Source of the DNA: a virus
Lineage: Duplodnaviria > Caudoviricetes
Length of the DNA: 64,000 nucleotides
IMG/VR virus record: IMGVR_UViG_3300034170_000089
Location: 1,094 to 65,093 of that record
Reading direction: 5' to 3' (one strand)
Shown here: in pieces, positions 26,636-35,473 of the stretch
How positions within the stretch are numbered: the stretch's first letter is position 1
Layout of the letters: each line of letters begins with the position of its first letter
Notes under the pieces: model-generated
What the model saw: only the letters and a program-made list of their open reading frames with translations
The model's database searches: none
Told to the model about the DNA's origin: nothing
Made by a program: the position numbers and the translations under genes

Positions 26636-26938
26636 TCAGGGGTGGGCGGGGGACGCGTCGCCGGGGAACGCCAGCCGGCACAAGGTCCGGACGGAGAAGT
26701 GGTAGACGCGATCCGCCTCGCGCAGCCGCTCGGACAGCGCGTCGTTGGCGAAGCGCTGGGCCGCAATGCACCGCCGGGCGCGCTTGAGGTCGCGCTCCAG
26801 ATCGGCGACACGTGCGCGGAGCCGCTCGGCCTCGTCCTTGTGGGCCTGGCGCTCCGACCGGGCCAGCGAGACCGGCGCGAGCTGGTCAGCCTCGATCGCG
26901 AGTCGTCGGCTCCCCCGGTTGTACGCGGCGACGCCCAT
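26636..26938 (-). CDS. Hypothetical coiled-coil protein
   Basis: ATG with RBS GAGGA. Confidence 0.6.
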   Translation of the reverse strand: MGVAAYNRGSRRLAIEADQLAPVSLARSERQAHKDEAERLRARVADLERDLKRARRCIAAQRFANDALSERLREADRVYHFSVRTLCRLAFPGDASPAHP

Positions 26939-26991
26939 GGTCGTGTTCCTCGGTAGCGGGCGCCCCGTGGTGGCGGCGCCCGGGGGTGGGG

Positions 26992-27180
26992 TCAGGCGTG
27001 GCGCTCCTGCTCGAGGGCGTTCAGTCCGGCTGCCGCGCGGCCCAGCTCGAAAATGATCGGATCGAGCGTGGCGCCCAGCTCAAACGCCTTCCCGTTGATC
27101 GTCAGGACGGCCCCTTCGGCGGTGGTGCGGACCTTCCAGGTATGCAGCCTCTCCGGCTTGGTCTCGGTGGTCGTCATCGT
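26992..27180 (-). CDS. Hypothetical protein
   Basis: ATG with RBS GAGAGGG. Confidence 0.55.
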   Translation of the reverse strand, partial: TMTTTETKPERLHTWKVRTTAEGAVLTINGKAFELGATLDPIIFELGRAAAGLNALEQERHA

Positions 27181-27204
27181 GGTCCCTCTCGGCGGTGCGG
27201 GTGG

Positions 27205-27555
27205 TCAGCGCTCGATCTCGGCGATCACGTCGTCGGCCGCGCGCATCGCCCGCTCAGCCTGCGCCCGCTCCTCCGCCGCCTCGTCCCGGATCTGCTCGGC
27301 CGTCTGGCTGTGCGTACCGTCCGGCTCATACCGATCCGTCACCTCGCCGCTCGCGAAGGGCATCATCTGCGCCGGCACGCCGTACTCGTCGGCAGCCTCG
27401 CACGCGGCCCCCCACGCTTCCTCCTGGGTGTCGGCGCCCTGGAGGCAGCGGATCTCGCCGTCCTCGTCGCACAGCGACACGGACCACGGCTGGTCGCCCT
27501 GGTGATCGCGCCACGCATCCACGCTGGTCGGGGTCCTCTGGGTCTGGGTCGTCAT
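27205..27555 (-). CDS. Acidic hypothetical protein, first gene after promoter
   Basis: RBS GGAG; very Asp/Glu-rich. Confidence 0.65.
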   Translation of the reverse strand: MTTQTQRTPTSVDAWRDHQGDQPWSVSLCDEDGEIRCLQGADTQEEAWGAACEAADEYGVPAQMMPFASGEVTDRYEPDGTHSQTAEQIRDEAAEERAQAERAMRAADDVIAEIER

Positions 27556-27602
27556 GGTCTCTCTCCGGTTTGGTGGGCGGCTCCCTGCCGTCCATGAATC
27601 AG

Positions 27603-27631
27603 ATACTAGGACAGTCCGAGTCCCGGGTCAA
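27603..27631 (-). promoter_or_regulatory. Sigma70-type promoter
   Basis: TTGACC-17 nt-TAGTAT on the minus strand. Confidence 0.75.
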
Positions 27632-27640
27632 GGGGCGTCC

Positions 27641-27928
27641 CTACTCCTGATGGGTCGCATGGTGGATGAGGTAGATCCCCCGGCGCTCAGCCTCGGGCTC
27701 TACGTAGCCGCGCGCCCGGAGGACGATCAGGTACCGGTTGATCTGGCGCTTGGACACCTCCAGCTCGCGGCCGAGGTCCTCGGAGGACAGCGGCCCGCGG
27801 GAGCGCAGCAAGGACAGCACCAGTAGCCCCTGGTTGAGCGCCTGGACGCCGACCGGGGCATCGGGAGGGGGCGCGGCCGCGCGCGCGGCACGGGTGGCGC
27901 TGGGCGCCCTGGATGTGGTCTTGGTCAT
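27641..27928 (-). CDS. Winged HTH regulator (HTH_11-like)
   Basis: LSSEDLGRELEVSKRQINRYLIVLRARGY. Confidence 0.75.
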   Translation of the reverse strand: MTKTTSRAPSATRAARAAAPPPDAPVGVQALNQGLLVLSLLRSRGPLSSEDLGRELEVSKRQINRYLIVLRARGYVEPEAERRGIYLIHHATHQE

Positions 27929-27934
27929 GCCGGC

Positions 27935-27963
27935 ATTCTGAGTCCGGGCGCGTCCCGAGTCAA
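27935..27963 (-). promoter_or_regulatory. Sigma70-type promoter, probably leaderless
   Basis: TTGACT-17 nt-CAGAAT, 6 nt before ATG 27928. Confidence 0.7.
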
Positions 27964-28021
27964 GGGGCGTCCATATGCGGCCGCGCCCCGCCAGCGCGCG
28001 CGAGAGGGAGGGGTGGGGCGG

Positions 28022-29551
28022 TCAGCCAACCACGAGGGCGATGGGAATCTGTGGACTGGCACTCGTCCCGATCCTCGGTCTCCCGCTGAGCTTCAGCAGG
28101 CCCCCGGCGGTCGCGATGCGGCCCGTGGGGTGGATCCGGATCCAGGTGCCATCCTGGCGCGGCCAGACGGCCTCGACGAGCTGGCGCCACTCCTCCCAGC
28201 TCGCCTTGGCCAGTCGGCGGCGGATGGCCTCGACGGCGGCGCGCGAGTCCTGCGCCTGGTCCCGGAGCCGCTCGGCTGACTCGATCGACCCAAGCAGGGC
28301 GCCGCGGCGCTCCTCGGCGGCAGCTCGGAGCCGGCCGATCTCCGCGGACTGCCGGCGCCACATCTCGTCCCTGACCTCCCCCTGGGACCGCATCCGGACC
28401 AGGTTCTCCTCCCGGCGGTCGAGCCGCTCCAGCTCCCGGCGGACCACCTCGAGATCGGCGCGCGCCTGGCCGGTGTCGCTCGGGGCGGCGTCGCGCAGGA
28501 GCCGCTCGGGGTCCCGGACCGCGGCGCGGAGGGCGGCGAGGAACGCGGCGTCGAGCTCGTCGACCCGGTGGTGACGGCCGGCGGCGCAGGCGGCGGGGAC
28601 CCCGTGGCGCGACTTCGCCTTGGCGCAGCGGTAGTAGAGTCCGACCGACTTGGTCCCGCCGACCACCACATGCATGGTCGAGCCGCAGACGGCGCAGACG
28701 GCGATCCGGCGCAGAAGGGCGCGATGCTTGGCCGGCGGCCCGGATCGGCTCCTCCCCCGGGTCATAGCGGCGACGGCGCGGCGCTGGGTCACGTCGTCGA
28801 CCACGGGCGGGCAGTCGATCGGGTGTCCGTAGGAGGTGATCCGGCCGATGGCGGCGGGCTTGCGGATCATCTGGCGCAGGCTGGACGCTTCCCAGGGGCC
28901 ACCCTTGGGCGCCGTGAGCCCCTCGGCGTTGAGTTCGGCGGCGAGCCGATGCAGGGAGGTCCCGCCGATCACCTCGGCGAAGATTCGGCGGTAGACCTTC
29001 AACTCCACCGGGTCGGTGCGCCACTCCCTGGCGGCATGGTCGTAGCGCCGGGCGTAGGGGATCGTGGTCATTGGTCGCCCCTCGGCGGAGAGGCGCTTGC
29101 GCGCCGTCACCGTCCGCTCGACGATCTTGCGACGCTCTCGGGCGCTGGCCCAGGTCTGGAGGAAGTAGTCGACCTCCCCGATCTCGGTGGCCGGGTCGAC
29201 GACGTGGCCGCCCGCGTCGACGATGACCGCGTGCGCGTCGGCGACCATGCCATAGATCGCGAACCGCTCCCGGGGGTCGTCGTGACGGGTGAGTCGGTCC
29301 AGGTGGCGCACCCGGAGCTCGTCGAAGGCGCGCTCACGGGAGAGGGCGGCGAGGCGCTGGAGGTCGGGGCGCTGCGCCAGGTCGGCGGCGCCCGAGAGGC
29401 CGGTGGCGCCGTGGTCGATGCGCTCGACAATCCGGCCGGGCCTGGTCTTGGCGAGCCGGTCGAGGGCGCGGCGCTGGTCCTCGGGCGTGTCGCGCTCGGC
29501 CTGGCCGGCGGAGGACACGCGGATCAGCTCGACAAACCTCGGAATCGGCAT
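28022..29551 (-). CDS. Large serine recombinase (integrase)
   Basis: RVSS catalytic motif, LDRLTR, recombinase domain (LAAELNAEG...W), CAVC..YYRC..C zinc ribbon, coiled coil. Confidence 0.92.
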   Translation of the reverse strand: MPIPRFVELIRVSSAGQAERDTPEDQRRALDRLAKTRPGRIVERIDHGATGLSGAADLAQRPDLQRLAALSRERAFDELRVRHLDRLTRHDDPRERFAIYGMVADAHAVIVDAGGHVVDPATEIGEVDYFLQTWASARERRKIVERTVTARKRLSAEGRPMTTIPYARRYDHAAREWRTDPVELKVYRRIFAEVIGGTSLHRLAAELNAEGLTAPKGGPWEASSLRQMIRKPAAIGRITSYGHPIDCPPVVDDVTQRRAVAAMTRGRSRSGPPAKHRALLRRIAVCAVCGSTMHVVVGGTKSVGLYYRCAKAKSRHGVPAACAAGRHHRVDELDAAFLAALRAAVRDPERLLRDAAPSDTGQARADLEVVRRELERLDRREENLVRMRSQGEVRDEMWRRQSAEIGRLRAAAEERRGALLGSIESAERLRDQAQDSRAAVEAIRRRLAKASWEEWRQLVEAVWPRQDGTWIRIHPTGRIATAGGLLKLSGRPRIGTSASPQIPIALVVG

Positions 29552-29577
29552 GGACTGGGGCCCTCGGGGTCCGCAGT

Positions 29578-29736
29578 CTACCTCGGGGGTAGGGAGGCGA
29601 GCCACGCCCCAATCACGGCAGCCGCGGCCTGGGGGTCGGGCTCGGCCGTGGACTCGTCGACCACGGTCACCTCGTAGCCGGGCCGGCGCCGGGGTCGGCG
29701 CTCCTTCGGCGGGCGGAGCGGGGCCGGCGCGCTCAT
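29578..29736 (-). CDS. Small protein upstream of the integrase
   Basis: ATGA overlap with upstream gene; 52 aa. Confidence 0.45.
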   Translation of the reverse strand: MSAPAPLRPPKERRPRRRPGYEVTVVDESTAEPDPQAAAAVIGAWLASLPPR

Positions 29737-29933
29737 GACGCCAGCAACTTCCTCTCGAACCGGTGCTTCTTGCACGGCCCCAGCCCCGCGATCCGGTTGC
29801 ACGTGCAGTCGTAGCAGGCGGCCTCTTCCGCCAGGAGCCGGGGCAGCTCCTGTCGGAACTCGGCGATCAGCTCCTCCCGCGTCGGAGGTCCGCGGCGGTA
29901 CCGCGCCCCGAGGCGATCTCCGGCTGCGCTCAC
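29733..29933 (-). CDS. Hypothetical protein
   Basis: GTGA overlap; Cys/His cluster. Confidence 0.45.
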   Translation of the reverse strand: MSAAGDRLGARYRRGPPTREELIAEFRQELPRLLAEEAACYDCTCNRIAGLGPCKKHRFERKLLAS

Positions 29934-30127
29934 GTTCCACGTTCCTCTCTGGTCCGCTGGTAGTACGCCTTCGCGTCCGCGCCCAACTCGATCGGCTTGC
30001 ACTTCGACTCCCGACGGAACACCCGGAACGGCCGCCCGCACTCGAAACAGTCCACCAGCGCGGGAGGCTCCGGGGTCGATTGGACTCGGCCGCAGTAACA
30101 GCAGGCGACGGAAAGTGAATCGGGCAT
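29930..30127 (-). CDS. Small zinc-finger protein
   Basis: CCYCG...CFECG. Confidence 0.5.
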   Translation of the reverse strand: MPDSLSVACCYCGRVQSTPEPPALVDCFECGRPFRVFRRESKCKPIELGADAKAYYQRTREERGT

Positions 30128-30645
30128 CACGGATCCTCTCTCGGCTGCTCTTCGACCACGGCCAGTGCGCCCGGAATCTCCGGGTGCATCACCATCACCT
30201 TGTCGAGCGCCTCCTGGGCGACCTCGGCGGCCAGCCCGGGTCGCGCCGCGCTCAGGTGCCTGATCCGGTCGAGCGCCTCAAACATCACGGTTTCACGCTC
30301 GGCCTGTCGCCTCTTCTCGTCCCGGCTGCGGCTTTCCAGCTCGTGAAACTTATTGCAGCGCGGGCAGCGGACGCGGCTCTTCTGCTCCAGCCGCACGCGC
30401 TCGGCGTGGTGCGCTAAATAGAACCGACGAATCGCCTTCCACTCTTCGTTCGTCCTCATCATCCAGGAGATCGGGTTCAGCTTGGCGTGGCACGTTTCGC
30501 ACTCCAACTCGGCGAGCTCTTCATCGACCAACACGTGGCGATGGAGGCACTCGCCCTGCGGCTTGTAGCGTCGGCGCGACACCGCCCTGATGCTGATGAC
30601 GGTCGCCCCGTTCTCGTCCGGAATACCCACGCGCTCGTCCATCAC
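30127..30645 (-). CDS. Hypothetical Cys/His-rich phage protein
   Basis: CLH, CETC..KLNP, CPRC. Confidence 0.6.
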   Translation of the reverse strand: MMDERVGIPDENGATVISIRAVSRRRYKPQGECLHRHVLVDEELAELECETCHAKLNPISWMMRTNEEWKAIRRFYLAHHAERVRLEQKSRVRCPRCNKFHELESRSRDEKRRQAERETVMFEALDRIRHLSAARPGLAAEVAQEALDKVMVMHPEIPGALAVVEEQPREDP

Positions 30646-31046
30646 CCCCCCCCTTTTCGCGGCGCCGCATACGAGTCGCAGGGCCGCAGACGCATGGTCG
30701 GAAAAGCCACCGGCGGTCCAGCGGGGCGCCGCCTTCGGAGGTCATCAACCGGAAACCAGGGGCGACCAAAGTTCGATCCCCAGACCGCTCCTCGCTCGTA
30801 GGCATACGAGTAGTCCGTCAGGCGCGAGTCGTCCCACGGCCAAGGCCAGCCATCCTCAGCGATGCAGCCGTTGCCGCGAGACCGGCCGCGTCGAACCAGG
30901 CGGCCGACGGCACGCCGGAACTCGGCCGCCGTCGCAGCGCGACGAATGGACTCCGGGATCCGGTACGGATGGCCGTCGAACGCGATCGAGCCAATCCACT
31001 TTGCCCCGGCGCCGCGCCCCACGTAGAAGTCGGCTCTCGTTCCCAC
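30642..31046 (-). CDS. Conserved hypothetical phage protein
   Basis: MGTRADFYVGRG...WIGSIAFDG...GWPWPWDDS..TDYSY. Confidence 0.7.
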   Translation of the reverse strand: MGTRADFYVGRGAGAKWIGSIAFDGHPYRIPESIRRAATAAEFRRAVGRLVRRGRSRGNGCIAEDGWPWPWDDSRLTDYSYAYERGAVWGSNFGRPWFPVDDLRRRRPAGPPVAFPTMRLRPCDSYAAPRKGGG

Positions 31047-31048
31047 GT

Positions 31049-31474
31049 CTACCCCTCCCCTCGCGGCACGAGGGCCAGGGCGGCGCGGGCAGCGACGATA
31101 GCGGCAGCGAGCCGCTCCTGCGCTGCCCTGTGAGCGGCCTCGGCTTCGTTGATTGGCGCCATGTCGCGGGCGCACTGTTCGTTGATGCGGTCCCGTTCTT
31201 CCTTCGGCAGCGAAGCGATGTTGACCGCGTTCCTCGGCATCCGCTTCGGCATCGCCGGCCACTTGGCGTACTCCCGGCACCGGACGCGGGCCGCCTCCTT
31301 CGCCGCTGCTCTCTCCGCATCGTGCGCGGCAAGCCACTCCGTCAGTGCCTCCTCGGGCTTCATGGTCGTCCGAATCTCCTTGGGCGCCAGCCGCTCCAGC
31401 GCCGCGATCCGCTCCTCACTCAGTGCACTCTCTAGCGCGTCCAGCGACTTCCTCGGCTTCGTCGGCTTGGTCAC
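31049..31474 (-). CDS. Hypothetical protein
   Basis: Coupled ORF with RBS. Confidence 0.55.
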   Translation of the reverse strand: MTKPTKPRKSLDALESALSEERIAALERLAPKEIRTTMKPEEALTEWLAAHDAERAAAKEAARVRCREYAKWPAMPKRMPRNAVNIASLPKEERDRINEQCARDMAPINEAEAAHRAAQERLAAAIVAARAALALVPRGEG

Positions 31475-31683
31475 TGTAGGTCTCCTCGCGGCGTGGCGAT
31501 GAGGTCCAGCCAGCGCCTCACGATCTGGGCGGTCTCCTGTCGGTCGCGCGAAATCTGGACCGTCTCGCCGTCCACCGGATCGAACACGAAGACCGCCAGG
31601 CGCATGCCGTGCTTCTCGATCGCCGGGCTCAACGACTCCGCGATCGTCTTTGCCACCTCGACCATTGCGGCTCGCTCGCTCAT
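31471..31683 (-). CDS. Hypothetical protein
   Basis: ATGA overlap, coupled ORF. Confidence 0.5.
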   Translation of the reverse strand: MSERAAMVEVAKTIAESLSPAIEKHGMRLAVFVFDPVDGETVQISRDRQETAQIVRRWLDLIATPRGDLQ

Positions 31684-32390
31684 CCCTCTCGCTCCTCTCG
31701 GTTCACTCTGCGGAACTCGACGACCCACACCCATGGATTGTCCGTCCAGGACTCCTCGCCATTGAGGTTGACCCACAGTTCGGAGAACGCCTGGACTGGA
31801 TCGACGTGCTCGCCCATCCCTTCGGCCGTCGCATCCTCCTCGGTGATCGACTGGAGCCGCTCCACCCGGACTCCGGTCACCTCCAGGTCGATCCGGTGGT
31901 CGCACTTCCTGAGGTGGATGGACGGCCTGAACTTGGCGCCCTCCTGCTCGACCTCCGCTGGCCACCGGTCGGTGCCGAGGTCGGCGGCGAAGACGACGCG
32001 GTGTCCGTTCCCCTTAGTGTAAGCCCAGGTCTCGCGCACCCAGAGTCGCGACTCATTCACCTGGAGATGCCAGAGCATCCGACCGTCCGGGTACTTCCGC
32101 AGGTAGGTGTGGCCGTCCGCGTATGGACACTTGAAGTCGAACTCTTGCGGCTTGATGCCGAGGTCTCCCTGCTCTCCGATGACGTGCACGGCGCCCTGGG
32201 GGTTCATGCCGGCCAGGTATGTTCCGGGCTCGTACCGGCGGAAGGGCCGGATGATGCCAGGCAGGTCCGAGGTCGCCTCATGGCGAAGCTGAACGCGCAG
32301 ATTCTTCACCACCCGGCGCGTCATCGTCTTTGTGCCCGCGAGAATCGCCCTCACCATCGGCGCGGAGAACAGGATCGGTCGCTCGCTCAC
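31680..32390 (-). CDS. ASCH/PUA-like phage protein
   Basis: ERPILFSAPMVRAILAGTKTMTRR, LWVRETW, RPSIH, VERLQSITEEDA, NPWVWVVEF. Confidence 0.8.
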   Translation of the reverse strand: MSERPILFSAPMVRAILAGTKTMTRRVVKNLRVQLRHEATSDLPGIIRPFRRYEPGTYLAGMNPQGAVHVIGEQGDLGIKPQEFDFKCPYADGHTYLRKYPDGRMLWHLQVNESRLWVRETWAYTKGNGHRVVFAADLGTDRWPAEVEQEGAKFRPSIHLRKCDHRIDLEVTGVRVERLQSITEEDATAEGMGEHVDPVQAFSELWVNLNGEESWTDNPWVWVVEFRRVNREEREG

Positions 32391-32421
32391 GTCCCACCTC
32401 CCTCGATCCGAGTGGACGGCA

Positions 32422-32784
32422 TCAGCATCGCTTCCCGCCGCGGCGGTAACTGCGCGTCGCGTTGTAGGCGATCTTTCGCTCGATCACGGCGTCCAGGTCG
32501 ATCCCGAGGGCGCCGCACAGGTCCTCGATCCGGATCACCGCGTCGGCGAGCTCCACCGCGAGCCCCTCTGGCTTACCGTGCTTGCCCTCGTACTCCAGCT
32601 CTTCGCCGTTGCGGTGCTCTTCGAGCGCCTCCGCCAACTCGCTCACGACCAGCATCAGCTTCTCGGGGATCACCTCCTCGACGGCGGCCAGGTTGCGCAC
32701 CGGCGCATCGGGCCCCTCGAAGCCGAGCTGCGGCCACCAACCCTTCTCCTTCGCCATCTCGTGGATTCGGTTCTGACGCTTCAC
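32422..32784 (-). CDS. MazG-like nucleotide pyrophosphohydrolase
   Basis: KLMLVVSELAEALE, ELADAVIRI.D, KIAYN. Confidence 0.85.
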   Translation of the reverse strand: MKRQNRIHEMAKEKGWWPQLGFEGPDAPVRNLAAVEEVIPEKLMLVVSELAEALEEHRNGEELEYEGKHGKPEGLAVELADAVIRIEDLCGALGIDLDAVIERKIAYNATRSYRRGGKRC

Positions 32785-33089
32785 TTGTCGTCTCCCTTCT
32801 GGTTGGACTTCTCGTCGCTCCGAGTGGACGGCAGGGCGCGGATGCGCTTCGCCAGCCGGACCTGGTACGTCGTCGGCATCCAGTCCGCAGGCTCCTCCGA
32901 GATCGTCGCCGCCTCCTCCCGCATCTCCTCCCGCCCTCGCTGCTCTGCGGCCTGGAGGGCGGAGGCGTGGGCCTCATGCACGGACTCGCAGGCGGACTCG
33001 ACGGCGTCCTCGCTACCGTTGCCCTCGCCGTAACTCCCCAGCGCCGCCGCGTACGCGCCCACTGCTTCGTCGAATCGGTCACCGGCCAT
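32781..33089 (-). CDS. Hypothetical protein
   Basis: RBS AAGGAGG; coupled. Confidence 0.55.
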   Translation of the reverse strand: MAGDRFDEAVGAYAAALGSYGEGNGSEDAVESACESVHEAHASALQAAEQRGREEMREEAATISEEPADWMPTTYQVRLAKRIRALPSTRSDEKSNQKGDDK

Positions 33090-33249
33090 CGGTCGGGTCC
33101 TCCTTGGCGGGGGCGAATCTGGACGGGCTCCAGTCGCAGCGCTTGGACTTCGGATCGCACTGGAACAGCCACGCGCACCGAGAGTAGCTCAGGCAGTCGC
33201 CGCATTTCTTGCCGGGCGGGAGTTCCATGTCGTCCAGTTCACCGGCCAT
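33079..33249 (-). CDS. Small Cys-rich protein (56 aa, not in ORF track)
   Basis: MAGELDDMELPPGKKCGDCLSYSRCAWLFQCDPKSKRCDWSPSRF; flanked by a 16-nt direct repeat. Confidence 0.65.
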   Translation of the reverse strand: MAGELDDMELPPGKKCGDCLSYSRCAWLFQCDPKSKRCDWSPSRFAPAKEDPTDGR

Positions 33250-34090
33250 CGGTCCCACCGTCCTTCCCCGGGGCCGCGCCCTGCCCCTCCCGCGCGCTCG
33301 GGGAGGCGCGCAGGCGGCGGATCTCCGCCTCGGATGCGTCCAGCGCTCGGATTAGTTCCGGCATGGTCCAGTTGCCGCGCTCCTCGCTCAACGCTCCCGG
33401 CTCGGGGGCGGGCGGGTCGGCGGCCAGCTCGTGCAGCTTCGCGGACAGGGCCTTGAGCCTCTTCGACGAGTCACCGGTGAGCGTCGTGCCGATCGACCAT
33501 GCCTCATCGGCCAGTGATCGCAGGGCCGGCGCTCCCGGCTCCGCGGGGGAGGGCGGGGCGGGGAGGTCCCACGACGTGGCGCGCAGGTCTCGGGCCAGTA
33601 CTGGGAACTCGTACGAGCAGGCGTCGGCGTAGGCTCGCAGCGCGGGGCGCGCGTACTTGTCGTGATCCAGGTCGAGAACGAAGTACTCGCAGTGCTCGTG
33701 CTTCCCGCCGGGAGCGCTCGATCCGTCCCTGCGCATGACCTGGAACTTGTCGTAGATGCCCCTGGCCGTGTCGGGAGCTGGAGAGGAGGGCTGCGGGGGC
33801 TCGTAGTCGTCGGTCTCGATCGCTGGGGCCATGCCCGCCCGCGCCTCCTCGGCCCAGCGCCTGGCGAGCTTGGCCTGCTCGGGCCCCAGGTGCTCGGCCA
33901 GGAGATCCAGTCGATCCGCGGCGCGCTCCAGGCGCTTCTCCAGCTCCTCTCCGCGATCGATCGCGCTCACGACGATGAAGTCATGGTCGCGGTCCGGCCG
34001 GGCCGGAATGGAGATCGAGAGGTGCCCCTGCGCCGTGGCCTCGCAGATCGCGGTGTGCGCCCTCTTCCAGACCGTCTCGGGCGCGCTCAC
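33239..34090 (-). CDS. Modular hypothetical phage protein
   Basis: GIYDKFQV.RRDGSSAPGGKH..CEYFVLDL.HD module with Pro-rich linkers. Confidence 0.65.
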   Translation of the reverse strand: MSAPETVWKRAHTAICEATAQGHLSISIPARPDRDHDFIVVSAIDRGEELEKRLERAADRLDLLAEHLGPEQAKLARRWAEEARAGMAPAIETDDYEPPQPSSPAPDTARGIYDKFQVMRRDGSSAPGGKHEHCEYFVLDLDHDKYARPALRAYADACSYEFPVLARDLRATSWDLPAPPSPAEPGAPALRSLADEAWSIGTTLTGDSSKRLKALSAKLHELAADPPAPEPGALSEERGNWTMPELIRALDASEAEIRRLRASPSAREGQGAAPGKDGGTDGR

Positions 34091-34353
34091 AGCCCGCCCC
34101 CTTCTTTGAACGGGGAGTAGAGCGCGTCGGTGTTCTCGCCCATCGCGTCCAGGAGCCGGAGCGCGATCTCTCTGGGCGTGAGCCAGATGGTCCCGCCAGC
34201 CTCCTCGGGCCGCTTCCCGTCCCGCGGGCGCTCCTCGTGGTGCTGGTAGGTGGTCCTGTCCACCATGGCGATCGTCCGGAGGCAGGAGACGAGGTTCTCC
34301 CTGGGGAGCTCCTTCGTGGCGGGCGGGGCGGCGGCGGTTTCGCTGTCGGTCAT
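34087..34353 (-). CDS. Hypothetical protein
   Basis: RBS GAGGAG. Confidence 0.55.
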   Translation of the reverse strand: MTDSETAAAPPATKELPRENLVSCLRTIAMVDRTTYQHHEERPRDGKRPEEAGGTIWLTPREIALRLLDAMGENTDALYSPFKEGGGL

Positions 34354-34360
34354 GGTCTCC

Positions 34361-34630
34361 TCAGAGCAGGCCCAATTGGCCCTTGGGTGGTGGTGGAGGT
34401 GGCGCGGTCTCCTTGCGGGAGCACTCGGGGCACAGCTCGGGGGCATAGGCGGCTCCCACGGCCTCGAGGCGTCCGGCCTCGGTGGGCCACTCCACGATCA
34501 GCGCCAGGTGCGGGCGGTAGTCCTCCGGATCGCGGCGCTTGTGCTCGCGAGCTGGCCGGCTGGACGCCCCGCAGGAGCGACAGGTGTAGGTCTGACCCGC
34601 CTTTACGGGTGGTGGCAGGGGTATTGCCAA
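34361..34630 (-). CDS. Zinc-finger protein
   Basis: CRSC...CPEC; TTG start uncertain; overlaps the ORF 34350-34856. Confidence 0.45.
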   Translation of the reverse strand: MAIPLPPPVKAGQTYTCRSCGASSRPAREHKRRDPEDYRPHLALIVEWPTEAGRLEAVGAAYAPELCPECSRKETAPPPPPPKGQLGLL

Positions 34631-34855
34631 GGCGAATCCTCACGGCGGGGAGGGTGTAGAGCGCCGGCCGGAGCTCGCGCCGGAGCCGCTCGACGCGGTC
34701 CGAGAGGCCGAGCTCGGCGGCCACCGCGTCCACGTCGTCGGCCAGGGCTTCGATCGCCGCTACCTTGGCCGCCCGCGGCGCCTTGGCGCGCATCAGGCAG
34801 GCCACGACCTGGCGGTAGACGGCGAGGGTCCGTCGGGTAGACGCGGGGAGGGCCA

Positions 34856-35473
34856 TCAGCGGAGCGCCTCCGGCCGGGGAGCCTTCTGCTCAGCGGCGAT
34901 CTCGGCCTCGAGGACCGGGACCAGCTGGCCGCGGACGATCTCGTTGAAGAACCGGAGCGGGGCAGCGGCGAGCTCGTGGCGGCACGCATCGGAGGCATCG
35001 CAGGCGTCACCACCGAAGAGCCGATCGAAGGTGTCGGGGCAGGAGTCCATCAGCACGTGGACGAACTCGTTCTCGTCCCGAACGTCCCCAAGCACCTCGA
35101 TCTCTTCCCAGCAGGAGGCCGCCTCGCTCTTGGTCAGGCCCTCCTCCCGGCGCTGCTCGCAGATCGACCGCCGGAGATCCTTGAGGGTCCGCTCGGGGGT
35201 GAAGACCATGCCGGCGCGGCCGGGGCCGCTCAGCCCCTGACCGTCGCTGCACACCTTGCTGATGAAGTAGTCCGCCTCGGTCATCTCGATGAGGAAGTGC
35301 TTGAAGCTGGCGCACCCGTGGTGTCGCCATCCCGAGTAGGCGTAGGTTCCGAAGTCGCTGACCGCCTGGAAGATGCCGCCGGGATCCAGGGTGATGACCG
35401 CCCACGAGAAGTGGGGGCCGCGAAACCGGTACTGCTCCACCAGACCCTTGGTGAACGTAAAGGCCTCAGCCAT
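34856..35473 (-). CDS. Conserved hypothetical phage protein
   Basis: SDFGTYAY..W...FKHFL...DYFISK. Confidence 0.7.
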   Translation of the reverse strand: MAEAFTFTKGLVEQYRFRGPHFSWAVITLDPGGIFQAVSDFGTYAYSGWRHHGCASFKHFLIEMTEADYFISKVCSDGQGLSGPGRAGMVFTPERTLKDLRRSICEQRREEGLTKSEAASCWEEIEVLGDVRDENEFVHVLMDSCPDTFDRLFGGDACDASDACRHELAAAPLRFFNEIVRGQLVPVLEAEIAAEQKAPRPEALR

